A stretch of 62,273 nt of DNA, filler included, from Circinaria calcarea (taxonomy: Eukaryota), in assembly GCA_051942165.1 (NCBI GenBank). It is 5 parts of 5 records of this genome, joined end to end, with 100 filler letters (N's around TTAATTAATTAA, not from the genome) between each part and the next. Parts side by side here need not be neighbours in the genome. Positions count along the whole stretch, not along the records: positions 12,506 to 24,882 come from JAVECS010000572.1; positions 24,983 to 37,355 come from JAVECS010000573.1; 3 more parts are not named here. The stretch is one strand, 5' to 3'. Made by a program: the position numbers and the translations under genes. Positions 14,214 to 26,525 of the stretch are shown one piece after another; position 1 is the first letter of the stretch, and the number at the start of each line of letters is the position of its first letter. The notes beneath the pieces are model-generated. The model was not told the origin of the DNA and did no database searches. It saw only the letters and a list, made by a program, of their open reading frames with translations.

Positions 14214-15844
14214 TTCCTGTGATAGCAGGTCACGGGCTTCGTCGTGTTTATTGCGAGGTAGCAGCGGCAACTCGAAGACTCACCGAGCACTTGACGCCAG
14301 AGGCCCATACACCACTAGAAGAACGAAAGTCAAGAACGGAGCGGTACTCGGTTATATGACAGTAAATCCATCGGCGCGACGAGTGGATGGAAATCCCCCG
14401 AGAGCCCCACCACAAACGGCCGACGCAGCTTATCGGTTATCAGGGACCAGAGTGGACCATCCACGGGGTGGCTGCTTCCAGACTTCTGTTTTTGGTGAAA
14501 TCAGGACATGATGTTGGAAAATCGCGCATCACAGGGGGCCGAAATGCCTCAGTCCTTGGCGATCCCGTCGGGTGGAGGTGAACAAAGAGATAAGGGCGAA
14601 CTTCTCCACCGACCATTCCGCAACCAACAAAGGCTACAAATGCGGAATTGACCCAAAAAGACCCGTTTTCCGGTGTGGGTAACCATGGTACTTACTGTTC
14701 GGCATCAGACACACCGCCTACAATACTGCAAACCTGTTCGACAGCGCAGTGGGCAACTTCACAATCGCCGCAGTGATATATAGGTTGTATGGCACATGCA
14801 ATGTCACATGTAGCGAGACTCTCGTCGCGGAGATTTCTGCATGCACGCACAGAGATGCCCACACTACTGCGACAATGTGCAGCAATGCCTCGTTGCGAGC
14901 TCAGGGTCCCCGACCGCACACATGGCAGATGTACCTAGGCAGCCTTTCTCCCGTCAAAAGTTGAGTTGGCCCATGCGGGTGGTGGAATGCATAATCTCTT
15001 ATTTTAGTCGAGGGAAGTCTTATAGTCGGGAGTCCAATCAAAGGGAGTACCGCTTGAAGCATCGTCATAAGATTGCCAGAAGAGAAAACGAAAGTAGCAG
15101 CTAAGAAGCAGGATTGAAGATGAGGTGCGTTACACAGACCGATAAGAGTGCAACCCTGTCATAGAGCATTTCGCCCAAGCCCCGGATGGCTCCTCTCACA
15201 GAAGCTGCTTGAAGCCCGATTGGCAACATTGAAGAGATTGCGCTGCTATGCTGCCTACCCAATCTCGGGTTTCTCGGAAACATGTCGTTACACAACAGCG
15301 AAGAAGAACGCAATCTCCAGCGTCGTAGATTTGTATAAGCTGTAGATCCGGAGTCCTGGTGATGGTTACACTTTGGGACAGAGACCGGGAAGATCCACAC
15401 GGTCGGTGTGAGGTCTCTGAAGTAATTCCAACTCTTCGCACACCACCATCGCAATGGACAATGTTACATCTCCGAAGTATTTCCATTAGCAGCCGCGCAT
15501 GAGGGCAAAACGCCCACGACGCCATTTGGTTATGGAGAGAGAGTCACGTTGTGTGACCTCAACTGAGGGGATTTGGGATAGGGCTGCGTAGGGAGTAATG
15601 TATCGAGCTTGGGCCATCCGCCAAGATATTCGGCGCTAGCTCCTTTGATCAACATCTTTCAAGTGAAGTACGAAATCTCCCTAACAGCTACGTTGGAAGT
15701 TCTTCATCATGAGGACTACTTGGCTATCCGACCATTCGAAACAAACTTCACAATCTGCGTGACGGCGTTTGCAGGGACCGACTACCCGACAAATTGGTAA
15801 AACGAGGAAGAGGTTAGTAGGAGGAATATACTCGCAAACTCACC

Positions 15845-17902
15845 ATGGAAGCTTCACGAGGCCCTCCGCGGGTCAAGAACAAGAGTTCGGCCCCGGTCCA
15901 AATTTCCGCAGAGCAACTTCTCCGCGAAGCCGTCGACCGTCAAGAGCCTGGTCTACAAGCGCCTACCCAGCGCTTTGCCGACCTCGAAGAGCTCCATGAG
16001 TTCCAAGGTCGGAAGCGGAAAGAGTTCGAGGACTATGTCCGAAGGAATCGGGTGAATATGAACAACTGGATGCGGTATGCGCAATGGGAGTTGGAGCAAA
16101 AGGAGTTTAGAAGGGCAAGATCAATCTTTGAACGGGCGCTGGATGTTGACTCGACGGCGGTAGTACTATGGATCCGGTACATCGAGGCGGAGATGAAGAC
16201 GAGGAACATCAAGCATGCACGAAACCTGCTGGATCGAGCCGTGACGATTTTACCAAGAGTCGATAAACTATGGTACAAGTATGTGTACATGGAAGAGACG
16301 CTAGGGAACATCCCCGGGACCAGACAGGTGTTTGAAAGGTGGATGTCTTGGGAGCCAGATGAGGCGGCTTGGAGCGCATACATTAAGCTCGAGAAGAGAT
16401 ATGGAGAGTTTTCGAGAGCGAGAGCTATTTTTGAGAGATTTACAGTTGTGCACCCTGAGCCGCGGAATTGGATAAAGTGGGCCAGATTTGAAGAGGAGAA
16501 TGGGACAAGTGATCTCGTGAGGGAGGTTTTTGGTATAGCTATCGAGACTCTCGGGGACCATTTTATGGATGAACGCCTGTTTATCGCATATGCCCGCTAC
16601 GAAGCAAAGCTGAAGGAATACGAACGCGCTCGGGCAATATACAAATATGCTCTCGACCGTCTCCCTCGATCCAAAGCGGTGATCCTACATAAAGCTTATA
16701 CCACTTTCGAAAAGCAGTTTGGAGACCGGGAAGGCGTGGAAGATGTTATCCTGTCCAAAAGGCGCGTGCAGTATGAAGAACAGATCAAGAATAATCCTAA
16801 GAATTACGATATATGGTTTGACTACGCTCGACTCGAGGAGACCTTAGGTGATCCTGACCGTGTCCGCGATGTCTACGAACGTGCCATAGCTCAAATTCCT
16901 CCAACGCAAGAGAAACGCCACTGGCGGCGGTACATCTACCTTTGGGTCTTCTACGCTCTCTATGAAGAGATGGATGCCAAGGATCTCTCCCGCGCTCGTC
17001 AAATCTATATCGAGTGCCTTAAGCTCATCCCTCACAAGAAATTCACATTCGCCAAGATTTGGCTCCTGAAAGCGCAATTTGAGCTTCGACAATCGCAATT
17101 GCAAGCAGCACGAAAAACCATGGGCCAGGCCGTCGGCATGTGCCCCAAAGACAAGCTCTTTAAAGGTTACATCGAACTGGAGCTTAGGCTTTTCGAGTTC
17201 GTGCGTTGCCGAACACTCTACGAAAAGCACATTGAATGGAACCCTGCAAACTGCCAGGCCTGGATCAAGTTCGCCGAGTTAGAGCGTGGACTCGACGACT
17301 TGGAACGTACGCGCGCGATCTTCGAATTGGCTGTGAGCCAGCCTGTGCTAGACATGCCGGAGTTACTCTGGAAAGCTTATATTGATTTCGAGGAAGAGGA
17401 GGAAGAATACGACCGCACACGCGCTCTCTACGAGAGACTCTTGGAGAAGACAGACCACGTGAAAGTCTGGATCAGCTACGCGCACTTTGAAATCAATGTA
17501 CCTGACCCCGATGCCCCGATCCCAGACGAAGACTCGGAAGAAGACCTCCCCATCTCCGCCGTCGCCAAATCCAACGCCCGCAAGATTTTCGATCGCGCGT
17601 ACAAGTCCATGAAGGAGAAAGATCTCAAGGAGGAGCGTGTCGCTCTCCTCAACGCCTACTTGTCTTTTGAGAAGACGCACGGGGAGAAAGAGGATGTGGA
17701 GAGGGTGGAAAAGATGATGCCGAGGAAGGTCAAGAAGCGGAGGAAGTTGGGCGACGATAGTTTCGAGGAATACATGGATTATGTGTTCCCGGCTGATGAT
17801 GAGAGCGCGGCGAAGATTAGTCGGCTGTTGCAGATGGCGCAGGACTGGAAGAGGAAGAAGGAGCTGGGAGGAGGAGGGGAGGATGGAGTGGGGGTGGTCT
17901 AG
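15845..17902 (+). CDS. CLF1: Pre-mRNA splicing factor Clf1 / crooked-neck (HAT repeats)
   Basis: Intronless 685-aa [26 protein letters not shown] repeats ([17 protein letters not shown]), [11 protein letters not shown]. Confidence 0.97.
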   Translation: MEASRGPPRVKNKSSAPVQISAEQLLREAVDRQEPGLQAPTQRFADLEELHEFQGRKRKEFEDYVRRNRVNMNNWMRYAQWELEQKEFRRARSIFERALDVDSTAVVLWIRYIEAEMKTRNIKHARNLLDRAVTILPRVDKLWYKYVYMEETLGNIPGTRQVFERWMSWEPDEAAWSAYIKLEKRYGEFSRARAIFERFTVVHPEPRNWIKWARFEEENGTSDLVREVFGIAIETLGDHFMDERLFIAYARYEAKLKEYERARAIYKYALDRLPRSKAVILHKAYTTFEKQFGDREGVEDVILSKRRVQYEEQIKNNPKNYDIWFDYARLEETLGDPDRVRDVYERAIAQIPPTQEKRHWRRYIYLWVFYALYEEMDAKDLSRARQIYIECLKLIPHKKFTFAKIWLLKAQFELRQSQLQAARKTMGQAVGMCPKDKLFKGYIELELRLFEFVRCRTLYEKHIEWNPANCQAWIKFAELERGLDDLERTRAIFELAVSQPVLDMPELLWKAYIDFEEEEEEYDRTRALYERLLEKTDHVKVWISYAHFEINVPDPDAPIPDEDSEEDLPISAVAKSNARKIFDRAYKSMKEKDLKEERVALLNAYLSFEKTHGEKEDVERVEKMMPRKVKKRRKLGDDSFEEYMDYVFPADDESAAKISRLLQMAQDWKRKKELGGGGEDGVGVV

Positions 17903-19872
17903 GGTTGGGGTGTCGTTGTTTACAGATAGGACGACTTGGAGTACAGATGGTCTATGGGGCCAAGCGAGGTAGAGACTCGGTTCGTGTAGGCTTACCTTAC
18001 AGCTACCACTGCTTGAAAGACAATTGAAGAGAAGCTGGGAGCTCTGGCGCAGGTTGACACGGAGGCTGGAACTCAGTAATCTAAGAAGGAACACAAAGCC
18101 TACTTAGGCACAACGTGACCGTAGGCATTTTATCACCTTTTTACTAAGTATTCAGAAGGGAAATTGAAAGGGTTGCAGCTATCGAATTACTATTTAGGTT
18201 TATGGTAGTATTTAAAATAGTCATGACCCTACAGCTTGCCCACTTGATGCGGAGCAGCAAAACATGTAAACAAAATGTTTCAAATGAACCTCCGAGAATA
18301 GCTCTGCATGGAAATGCGCGGGTGTGCAGAACTTCTGGATGGAAGCCCACACTTTTCCACCACATTCCAACAAAAAAAGCTACCATGGCCGTGCCCTAAG
18401 CAGGTTAACAAACGATACTCGGAGCTTTTCTGGAATCGCCAGATCCCATCCCTCTCACCTTTCCTTCCCTTCCCTTGAATTCAAATACGCACAAACAGAA
18501 TCTCGTCTCCTCGGAACCATCTTTTCCTGCCCTCTCGTACACGTAAAGTCCAGGCCCCCTTGGTCCGAACAGGCCGCATATTCTATCCGGCCACAAAACC
18601 TGGGACGTATATCCTAGGAGAATCTCCCTTCACCCCTAAACCGTCCGAGCCGTACGCTTCTTTCACGAGCCCGTTCCCTAATTTTGACAAGGGCGGGCCC
18701 CGCTTCACCAATTGGAGTTGGGCGGGGTGACTGTGGCGAGGATATGGTGTTAAAAAATTTTTTTAACCGTATTTCTGTTTCCATGTTGTTTCTGGGACCT
18801 CCGCGCCTTGTGCTTTCTTGCATACTTTGTTCTTCCCCGCCCCTTTTGGCTCTCGTCCGCTCGGGGGCTCTTCCCATCACCAAGATCCGAGAACATGTAC
18901 CCACCGGGTCGGGCGGCGAAGGTTTTCGGAACCCGAAGACTCCCAACTTTTAATTGTCGATTCGGAAACAAATTCCACAAGTTCAACCCGTAGTGTACTT
19001 TTACTCTCAAGGTGTTTAAGTCGTTCACATTTTTAAACTTGCCCGACTCCTAAAAGCAAGGCCGATCCAGCAACTATACCGCGGTGGGCTAGCTAGCTGT
19101 TAGGTATCGAGGATCGTTCAGATGAAAAGTTGACTGCTGTATTAGTTCTCGAATGGTCTTTGAGTGAATGCTGATAATAATTGGTTTTATTCTGTAGAGC
19201 TGTTTCAAGATTATAGACTGTAGCTGCAATTGCCGTGCAAAAATTTTGCTTTTGTTTTCTTCGTTCCGTATGTCCTTTAGTTTCGGCTGCTATGGTTCAT
19301 TTGTTTCTTATGTCCTAGATTTTCTTGCCATTTGGCACAACCAAAGCACTTTAGGATTATGGTCGATCTTTCCCCATGTATGGCCTGTCAAGTTCGCCCG
19401 TGGACTTTTGTGGTGTCCATATTCTTCGAGACTGAAAATACAGATCTTCCTTATATCCTTTGCTTTCTCCCGAGAGCGAGGGACGGGCAGACATTATTAT
19501 AATACCTTATCAAGACAAGAAGCACCGGCCATGCTCGTCACTATCCCCCGCAAGAGTTCACGTTTGGGTTGACTATGTTCTCCTATTGCCAAAGGGGGCA
19601 GACTTGCTAGGCCATCCGCTGCAGTGAAAGGTCTTTTGACCATGTATACTATTCAGAATTTTAGGGGTATTTCCTGAGAAAGGGGGATCCTGGGGGTACG
19701 CCAAGAAAGTCTCCAGGTTTGATTTCGGCGAGTGTCATGAGTTGAACATTCGGATGATTCACCACGACTTGTTCTTCTCTTCATATATCCATATCGTAAA
19801 AGTCAGGTGCTTGTAGCGGATAGCTGTCAGTTGGTTCTATCCTTTCACGGATTTACCTAATCAATAAAAAGC

Positions 19873-22260
19873 TTATTGATCTAGGTCTGAATTCTCAACA
19901 TATCCTTCCCCGTAGACTCCAGCTATAACCGCGTCGTTCTTATGTCTCCTAAAGTACAAAAGGAACATGTACCAGGTTTCTCGTTTCAATGCGTCCATAT
20001 GGGGTTTAATCGCCGCTGTAAATTCTAGGATGGCTCGCTTCTTTCTCGGCATTCCCTTCCTTCTACTCGTAGCCATAATGACCAGTATTTCTCTTGCGAG
20101 GGCGCTGGGGACTCCGAAGGGCCGAACTGACCACTGGGAACGTTGGCGTGAGTGCCGGTGGGCTGAGACAACGCGGCAGGTCGAATGGGATATACCAGCT
20201 GAAAAACTTCACACCTTCCGTACCTCGTGCTGCTTGAGCAGCACCGGGTTGCTAAGTTTTTTTGCTCAATTGTACATAGACGATATTTTTTGTAATCTCA
20301 TGCACTAGTAGTGCGTTTTGTACAACTATCAGGTTGGTCATGGGCTCTCACCCTATCCGAGTATCTCCATAATTTGGATCGTTGATGAAGGCCCCTCGCT
20401 CCGAGAGATTGTCCTAAAAATGCCATATCCTAGTCGCCAGTTCAGTGTGACGATTCCTCTCCTCTCTCCTCTATTTATCTTCATTATCCTGGCCTCTCGA
20501 TCCAAGACTTCTAGAAATTCGTTCAATTCGCTCATATTATCTGTTGGATCCCCTACTCGTTCCTCCGGGACTGCAGTTATCTGCTGGGAATATTTCAATC
20601 TGCTGGAAATATTTCAATCTGCTGGAAGTTCAATACTGGGCATATCAGACACTTGGGATGCCCGATTTGCAAATCATGACAACAATGATCTCGTTGACCT
20701 TGGGGGAACGTTACAGAATTTATAAGGCCAATTCGACCCTTCGTCATGGTGCCGAAGGGGTCCATAGGATCTACGTTCTCTTCACACTAACTTCTCCTTT
20801 TGCGATATATACTTCTGAATGCGAACACTTCCATTGTCATGACATTTTTTCTCGAGATATTATCCCTGAATAACGGAGAAATGGGAACGCCATCATCTTG
20901 GTGAAGCAATCAGTCATTGATGCCTTAGAGTATAGAGCTCAGAATTGGCAGGATAAAGTCCTCATACAGGACTCCTGGTCGGTAAAAGGCGTCGGAGGCT
21001 TTCCATTTTTGGCGAGGTCTGTCAAGCTGTCTTGCAAGGGTCTCTCGTCTTTACTCTTGGCAAATATATTCTGGATTTTTGATTAAACCATCTTACTTGT
21101 CATGATACCCCTGGCTCAATTGTATAAATATGTTCAGGACTTTAATTCTTTGAGGAAGACAAGAGACATCCATGGCTCCACCAGAGTCTTCTCCTGGCGT
21201 TAATTCACCAATTGATGGTACCGCATCTTTACCCTCTCCGAGACATCGGCAAAAGGAGCGTATGTGATATTGTTAGACTAGTTAAGGTCCAGAATAACCT
21301 CAGAAGATTAAATACTCGATGGTTGAGTATATGGGCGGTTGCTTTCTCTCCGGCTGCTTTGGAGGACATATTTGGGTCCTTTGGTTCGATTGGACCATCC
21401 TCTCTTATATCGAGTCGACAGGGGGGGCTGTGGCGACAAAAGATATATTGACCTACTTTTAATAATTTCCAGTTTTGGCATATGCTACCCTTGATCGTTT
21501 GGTCGATGGAGTCTCCCAAACTTGTATGGTGAGTGATATCGACCATATCCACACGATCTTTGCCACAATAGAGATGAGAGACTTCCCTTTTCTTATTTAT
21601 ATATTCTCTAAGCTCTTCCTCCATCAGCTACTAGTTGAGGTTCGGGCGATATATAGAATCTCGAAAGTGTATCGTTCAAGGTAGCAATTACCTGTTTCAA
21701 ACAGGGCAAGCAAACTGAAACTCATCTTCCACCCAGGCTTTTTAGCCTGCTTATGGCAGATTTGGCTTCAGCAGGACGATATTTGTAATGCTGGACCAGC
21801 CAGGCACCCATCTCACATCGTTGACGCCCGTATGGTGGTCATGTTGTACTCCCCGTATAGCTAGCATGGCCTCATCAGCAACAGCAGGGCCAGTCAAAAG
21901 ATCCAGGTAAATACTTGGGTATGGCACCTCATGCACTCGTGTCACAACTCGATGTAGAAGTATCGAACTTAGAGATGTTCAATGCGGTAAAGGTTGCTTC
22001 TACCTCAACTCCGAGAGTAGATCCACCAAACGGCAGTGACTTTTCTCCAAAGGCAGTTGCTGATATTGCGTCTACTACGTCGTTATTGGCGTCGTCTCCA
22101 TCACTTATTCTTTATACGTCACTAATCGCGCTTGTTTGTCTGTGTTTGGAAGCGGCTGGCTTTATGGTCGAGGCGCTTGGGATATCTTGGAGGCTTCCGC
22201 CCGAGTCTCTATGTTTTGACTTCCGTGGTTTCTTGAACCTCCCCGAGTCTTGAATATTTA
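19873..22260 (-). pseudogene. Degenerate gene containing a His-Me finger (zf-His_Me_endon-like) endonuclease motif
   Basis: Around 21410-21600: REVSHLYCG..H..SL(frameshift)ETPSTKRSRVAY..FCRHSPPCRL, resembling EvSHLC..H..E...N..R..C..CxHxPPC. Flanking protein-like fragments are broken by stops and frameshifts; boundaries approximate. Confidence 0.45.
20579..20628 (+). repeat. Short tandem duplication (~19-bp unit, ~2.5 copies)
   Basis: atctgctgggaatatttca-atctgctggaaatatttca-atctgctggaa. Confidence 0.85.
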
Positions 22261-22800
22261 AACCACAGATCCTCGAACTCTAGTTGATAAACTATCACCC
22301 ATGGGTTAGGCTCGATCAGCGATATATGTCACGTCCAACCTGCAATCTCCATATGCGAGTGCGGCGCCTAAATAAACAGCAGTATTCGGCAATTTCGGCA
22401 AGGCAAGGAGACACCGAATGCAATAGAATTAAGAATATTTCCAAAAGATAGCAATTCCCTCTATCATATTTTCTTATATATTAGAAAAGTATAGCCGGCA
22501 GCTCATATATATACCCCGCAATAAAAACAGCTTCTGCCAGCTTCCTGGTTATTTCTTTTTGCTCTCAATTTTCCTGCTCTCCTATCATACACTGCAAGGC
22601 TCCTCACGCCTAGGAAACCAGAGGTTCTAAAGCCAAGATAGAGACCGTTAACCGCTTGATCTCTGCTCGTTAATGGGGAGCATGTCGGTTGGAAGGTTGA
22701 AAATTATATATTTGAAGCTCTCCAAACACCTCGGCTCCGCTTGTTCCAGGCGCAGCTTGTCGAGAAGATTGACAAGATGCTGTTAAGTGAGGATGGAGGC

Positions 22801-23418
22801 CTACGTTATAATAAACCTACAACGGATACTCTGCAAGGCTTCTTGCCAAGGGTAGGTGAGGGTGAACAACTGTCTCCGGTTGATGATGCAGAGGAAGGTT
22901 TGCTGTAGTTCAGGCCGAATATGGAAATCAAGCGAGAGGTAAGAGAATTCTCTTGGGTGAAGCGGATGATGGACGCCGAAGGGACCAACGCCGAGATGAC
23001 AAGCTGGATACTTTGAGGTAGGTGGGTAAAGTTTGAAAACCCGCTCGACTGGGGCGATAAAATCTCCTGCCGTAAAGAATATATTAGCAGGACATTTGTA
23101 AAGGGGACGTTTTACCATAGAGAGTGGATTGCGGCGGATGGCGGAAGGGTGGTGATTCTTGCACCCTTGATTTAGGCTGGAGGGGAGATCCGTGGTGGTT
23201 CGCGTTCAAGGGTGTGATAAGTTCTGTTTGGGCTGTATGGGTATTTTCGAACGTCGTGGCAACGGCAGTCGCACGACCTGTTGGCTTTGAGTGGTCTCAA
23301 GGAAGCTCCCAAAGTTTGCTTCACTGAACACCGAAACAACAGTAGTCATATTTCCGTTCCAGGCACATTCTACCACATTCTGGTGCACTTTACTGAGGGC
23401 ATTGAAATACGGGTTCAT
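22801..23418 (-). pseudogene. Degenerate hypothetical gene divergent from the APH-like kinase
   Basis: ORFs 23206-23418 and 22801-23118 are in the same frame, separated by a single TGA (23206-23208). Starts MNPYFNALSKVHQNVVECAW; family not recognised. Confidence 0.35.
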
Positions 23419-23696
23419 TGGTGAGCCAAGCTTCTGTGGAACTTCCCGGCGATAAAAGGCCTTCGAGTAGCATGCCTACACGCCGGGTGGAGATCCTTTA
23501 TTGACAAGCATCAAAATGCATTAGTTGCTAGTGTCCGTAACGCTTCCATGGCAAGCATGCGCGGTACGATATGAATTGGCGTAGGCATTCATTTAGTGCG
23601 CGGAGTTTAGATAAAACTGGATTCGAGAATTTCGACCTGCGAATTTTGTGTCTAGTCGTTGATAGTGTCGTCCTTTCCTTTGCGGTCTCTTCAGCT

Positions 23697-24882
23697 ATGT
23701 CCACTGACCCCCGCACCAGCGTACCGACTCTAAGAACTCTCGACGAAAAGTTCACGTTTGAAGAAGCTGTCCAAGAGGAACATGATATGCTCCGACGGCT
23801 GACATACTGGCAAAAAAGGATCGACTTCTTGGTCTATCTCCTTGATTGCAGCGCTGAGATTGAGGCTATCGTATCCTATCACCTGGGTCTGAGCAAAATT
23901 GAATGCTGTTACCTTGCACCTCTAGACGACTGGATTCACGGAAGCTTCAATATGTGCCTGCCCGTTTATATTAAAAATGGGCAATCTCGTCCAGACAGGC
24001 GAGTCATGATCAGATTTCCTTTACCATACAAAGTAGGCGAGGAAAACTTCCCTGGCAACGCCGACGAGAAGCTACGATGTGAAGCTGCAACTTATATTTG
24101 GATTCGAGAGAACTGCCCCGACATTCCCATCCCTCAACTGTTAGGCTTTTCTTTCTGCGGCAATCAATGCGTGAGTCGGTGCACTCTGGCACTCGGACAC
24201 TCGTGGCTTACTACTTTTCTATAGTTCACATCACTACAAAACATCCCTTGGTATGTCCGACTCACAGAATATTTTCGGCGGCAATTACGCTCCTTATTTT
24301 GCTATCCATCTCTCTGTCCATATATTCGTCGCCGCCAGCCACATAGCCTAAAGTGTGGATATCTCCTTATGGACTATATCGAAGAAGAAGATGGCGTCAT
24401 GCTATCTAAGTCTTGGGAAGCAAAACGAGAAGACAAACTTCGGAGGACTAATCTGTTCAGAGACTTGTCCCGAATCATACTTTCACTGGGTCGAATACCA
24501 TTGGCGCGGATTGGGTCTTTTACCCTGGACAACACAGGAGTACTAAGTCTCGCCAATCGGCCTTTGACTCTGCGGCTACAAGAATTAGAAAATGGAGGGA
24601 TACCGAGCAACATTGCCAGAAAGGATACCTACACCGCTGTGGAGCCGTACATCCTTGATCTCTTAGCATACCACGATAGTCGGCTACGGCATCAACCCAA
24701 TTCGATCAATGACGAACCGGATTGCAGAGCACAAATGGCCGCTATAACGGGAATGCGCGCGGTCTTGCCTCATTTTATCAACCGAGATCTTCGTGATGGA
24801 CCTTTCCTCTTCACCCTCACGGATATCCACCAGAGCAACGTCTATGTTGACGAGGATTGGCACATCAAATATATCATAGACC
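23697..24882 (+). CDS. Fungal APH/choline-kinase-like phosphotransferase, 3' truncated by contig end
   Basis: WIHGSFNMCLPV, IRFPLPYKVGE..PGNADEKLRCEAATYIWI, PLARIGSF, LANRPLT, catalytic loop LTDIHQSNVYVD..IID. Intron ~24171-24222 (GTGAGT..TAG). Confidence 0.88.
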
Positions 24883-24982
24883 NNNNNNNNNNNNNNNNNN
24901 NNNNNNNNNNNNNNNNNNNNNNNNNNTTAATTAATTAANNNNNNNNNNNNNNNNNNNNNNNNNNNNNNNNNNNNNNNNNNNN
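24883..24982. other. Artificial contig-joining spacer
   Basis: N44-TTAATTAATTAA-N44. Confidence 0.98.
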
Positions 24983-25843
24983 CAGGGCCTTTGGTAGCAA
25001 TAGTCTCAAGCAAATCAGCAAATCTCCTCCTTGTTAGTATATCACCAAGACCAAGCAGCGTCCCATTTGGGGCAAAATCAAGAGCCCATGCGGAGTCTTG
25101 AACAAGGAAGCTCTTCGGTCCCAGACTGTTCAGCCTCTCCGCCAGCTCTGTATTGACCGGGAACCCGAACCGAGCTAAGAGGATGGAAGGAGCCAAGAGT
25201 TCTGCCCAAGGAAGGCGACCATACTTGTCGTGCAAGTATTGAAGGCCTCGTACTTCCCCGGGGACACCACTAGAAACTTGTAAGCACCGACATGTGACTA
25301 CAACGTGTTCATTTATTACCTTGCCAGACCTCCCACCAGCGAGGCGGTAATATTGGTGTTGTACATATCCTGGAAGGCTGCCGCAGGAGCAGTCTCGCGA
25401 AAGTCTACATACTCGTAGGAGCCGTTAGACGACCGGACCAAAAGAAAGCCTCCACCACCAATGCCAGTCAGATACATCACTATCCATCAGCAGAAGTTCC
25501 GGCGAAGACTACACGTAACACCAACCGGTAACCCCAAGGCAGAACTGGGTGGCAACCATCTGGGAGGAGGAAAAATCAGCGTCCGGACGGTATTCCCTTG
25601 GAGCATTCAACACTGGCAACCAACGGCATCAGCAGCATTGCCCCCCTTTTTCAAAACGTCTACCCCAATGCGGCTGCAGGTCGCGCTGGAGGATGCTGCT
25701 GCCCCGCCTCGACAACGGTTTATCTGACCTCCATCGGACCGAATGTGTCTACCACCTAATACTGGAGGCCCTTGTGCCGCGACAGCGCAAGGGTGCCAAA
25801 GGCCCAGTCCGATGAACAGAAGAGAAGCAAATGGGAATAACAT
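24983..25843 (-). CDS. Gamma-glutamyltranspeptidase (N-terminal part, signal peptide), truncated by contig end
   Basis: CSRIGVDVLKKGGNAADA, VATQFCLGV, TGIGGGGFLLVR, VDFRETAPAAA, SGVPGEVRGL..HDKYGRLPW. Three short introns; hydrophobic N-terminus. Confidence 0.94.
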
Positions 25844-26525
25844 TGCAATCTATCCAAGTAGACCTGATGGATGTGAAGCTCATCGACAAAGGTATAAGGT
25901 AGAGTCCCGACAGACATTTGACGCTGTGGGCATATGGACAAGGGATGAACCGAAGTGCGGGTGTCGCTTATTTTAGTATCTATCTATGTGGGCTAAACAG
26001 CGAGTCACGTTGCGAGGCTCTGTATACAGGCCTTTGCTTTCGTCCAGCAAGCAGCAACATTCATCTAGAATAGAGATCCTAGACCGACTGGCTCTAGGCG
26101 ATTACCAATGCGATCCGGATAGGACTCGCCATGCTTTCTGCCGTACAACTTGCGTTTCCCCCAGAATAGATTTCCCATCCGAGAGTTGCCCGGTGTCACC
26201 GCAATCTTAAGGGAACCAGTCAACTCCGAAAGGACAATTGAAAATGCATAGGATAAGATGTACAGGATGCCGATGGCATTACGCACGCTAATCATATATC
26301 CCAAAAGGACGAGTAAGACGGGGATGGTGTACTCTGCGGCTGAGAGCTGGGAGGCGTTTGTGAAGGTTCCCGCTTGGGCTGAGTCCTGGGGTTCTCCTAC
26401 CTTCTGTTTCGTTTTCAGTAATCTTGTTTCTGTCGGGTCACCTATTCAAGAAGGTCTGCTTTACGTTTGTTTCATCTCTTCATCCTTATACACATCTCTG
26501 CACCTACCCAATAACTACCAGTCTC

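Noticed and set aside
17363..18094. 243-aa ORF antisense to CLF1
   Set aside because: Mirror of the purine-rich CLF1 tail; L/P/H-rich composition typical of antisense frames.
18850..18870. ctcgtccgctc resembling part of fungal 5S rRNA
   Set aside because: Match is only ~10 nt; the rest of the 5S sequence is absent.
20760..21330. A specific reading frame with RIP-type stops downstream of the His-Me motif
   Set aside because: Stop density in the frames I tried is near random expectation and two frames look equally protein-like, so no frame is claimed.
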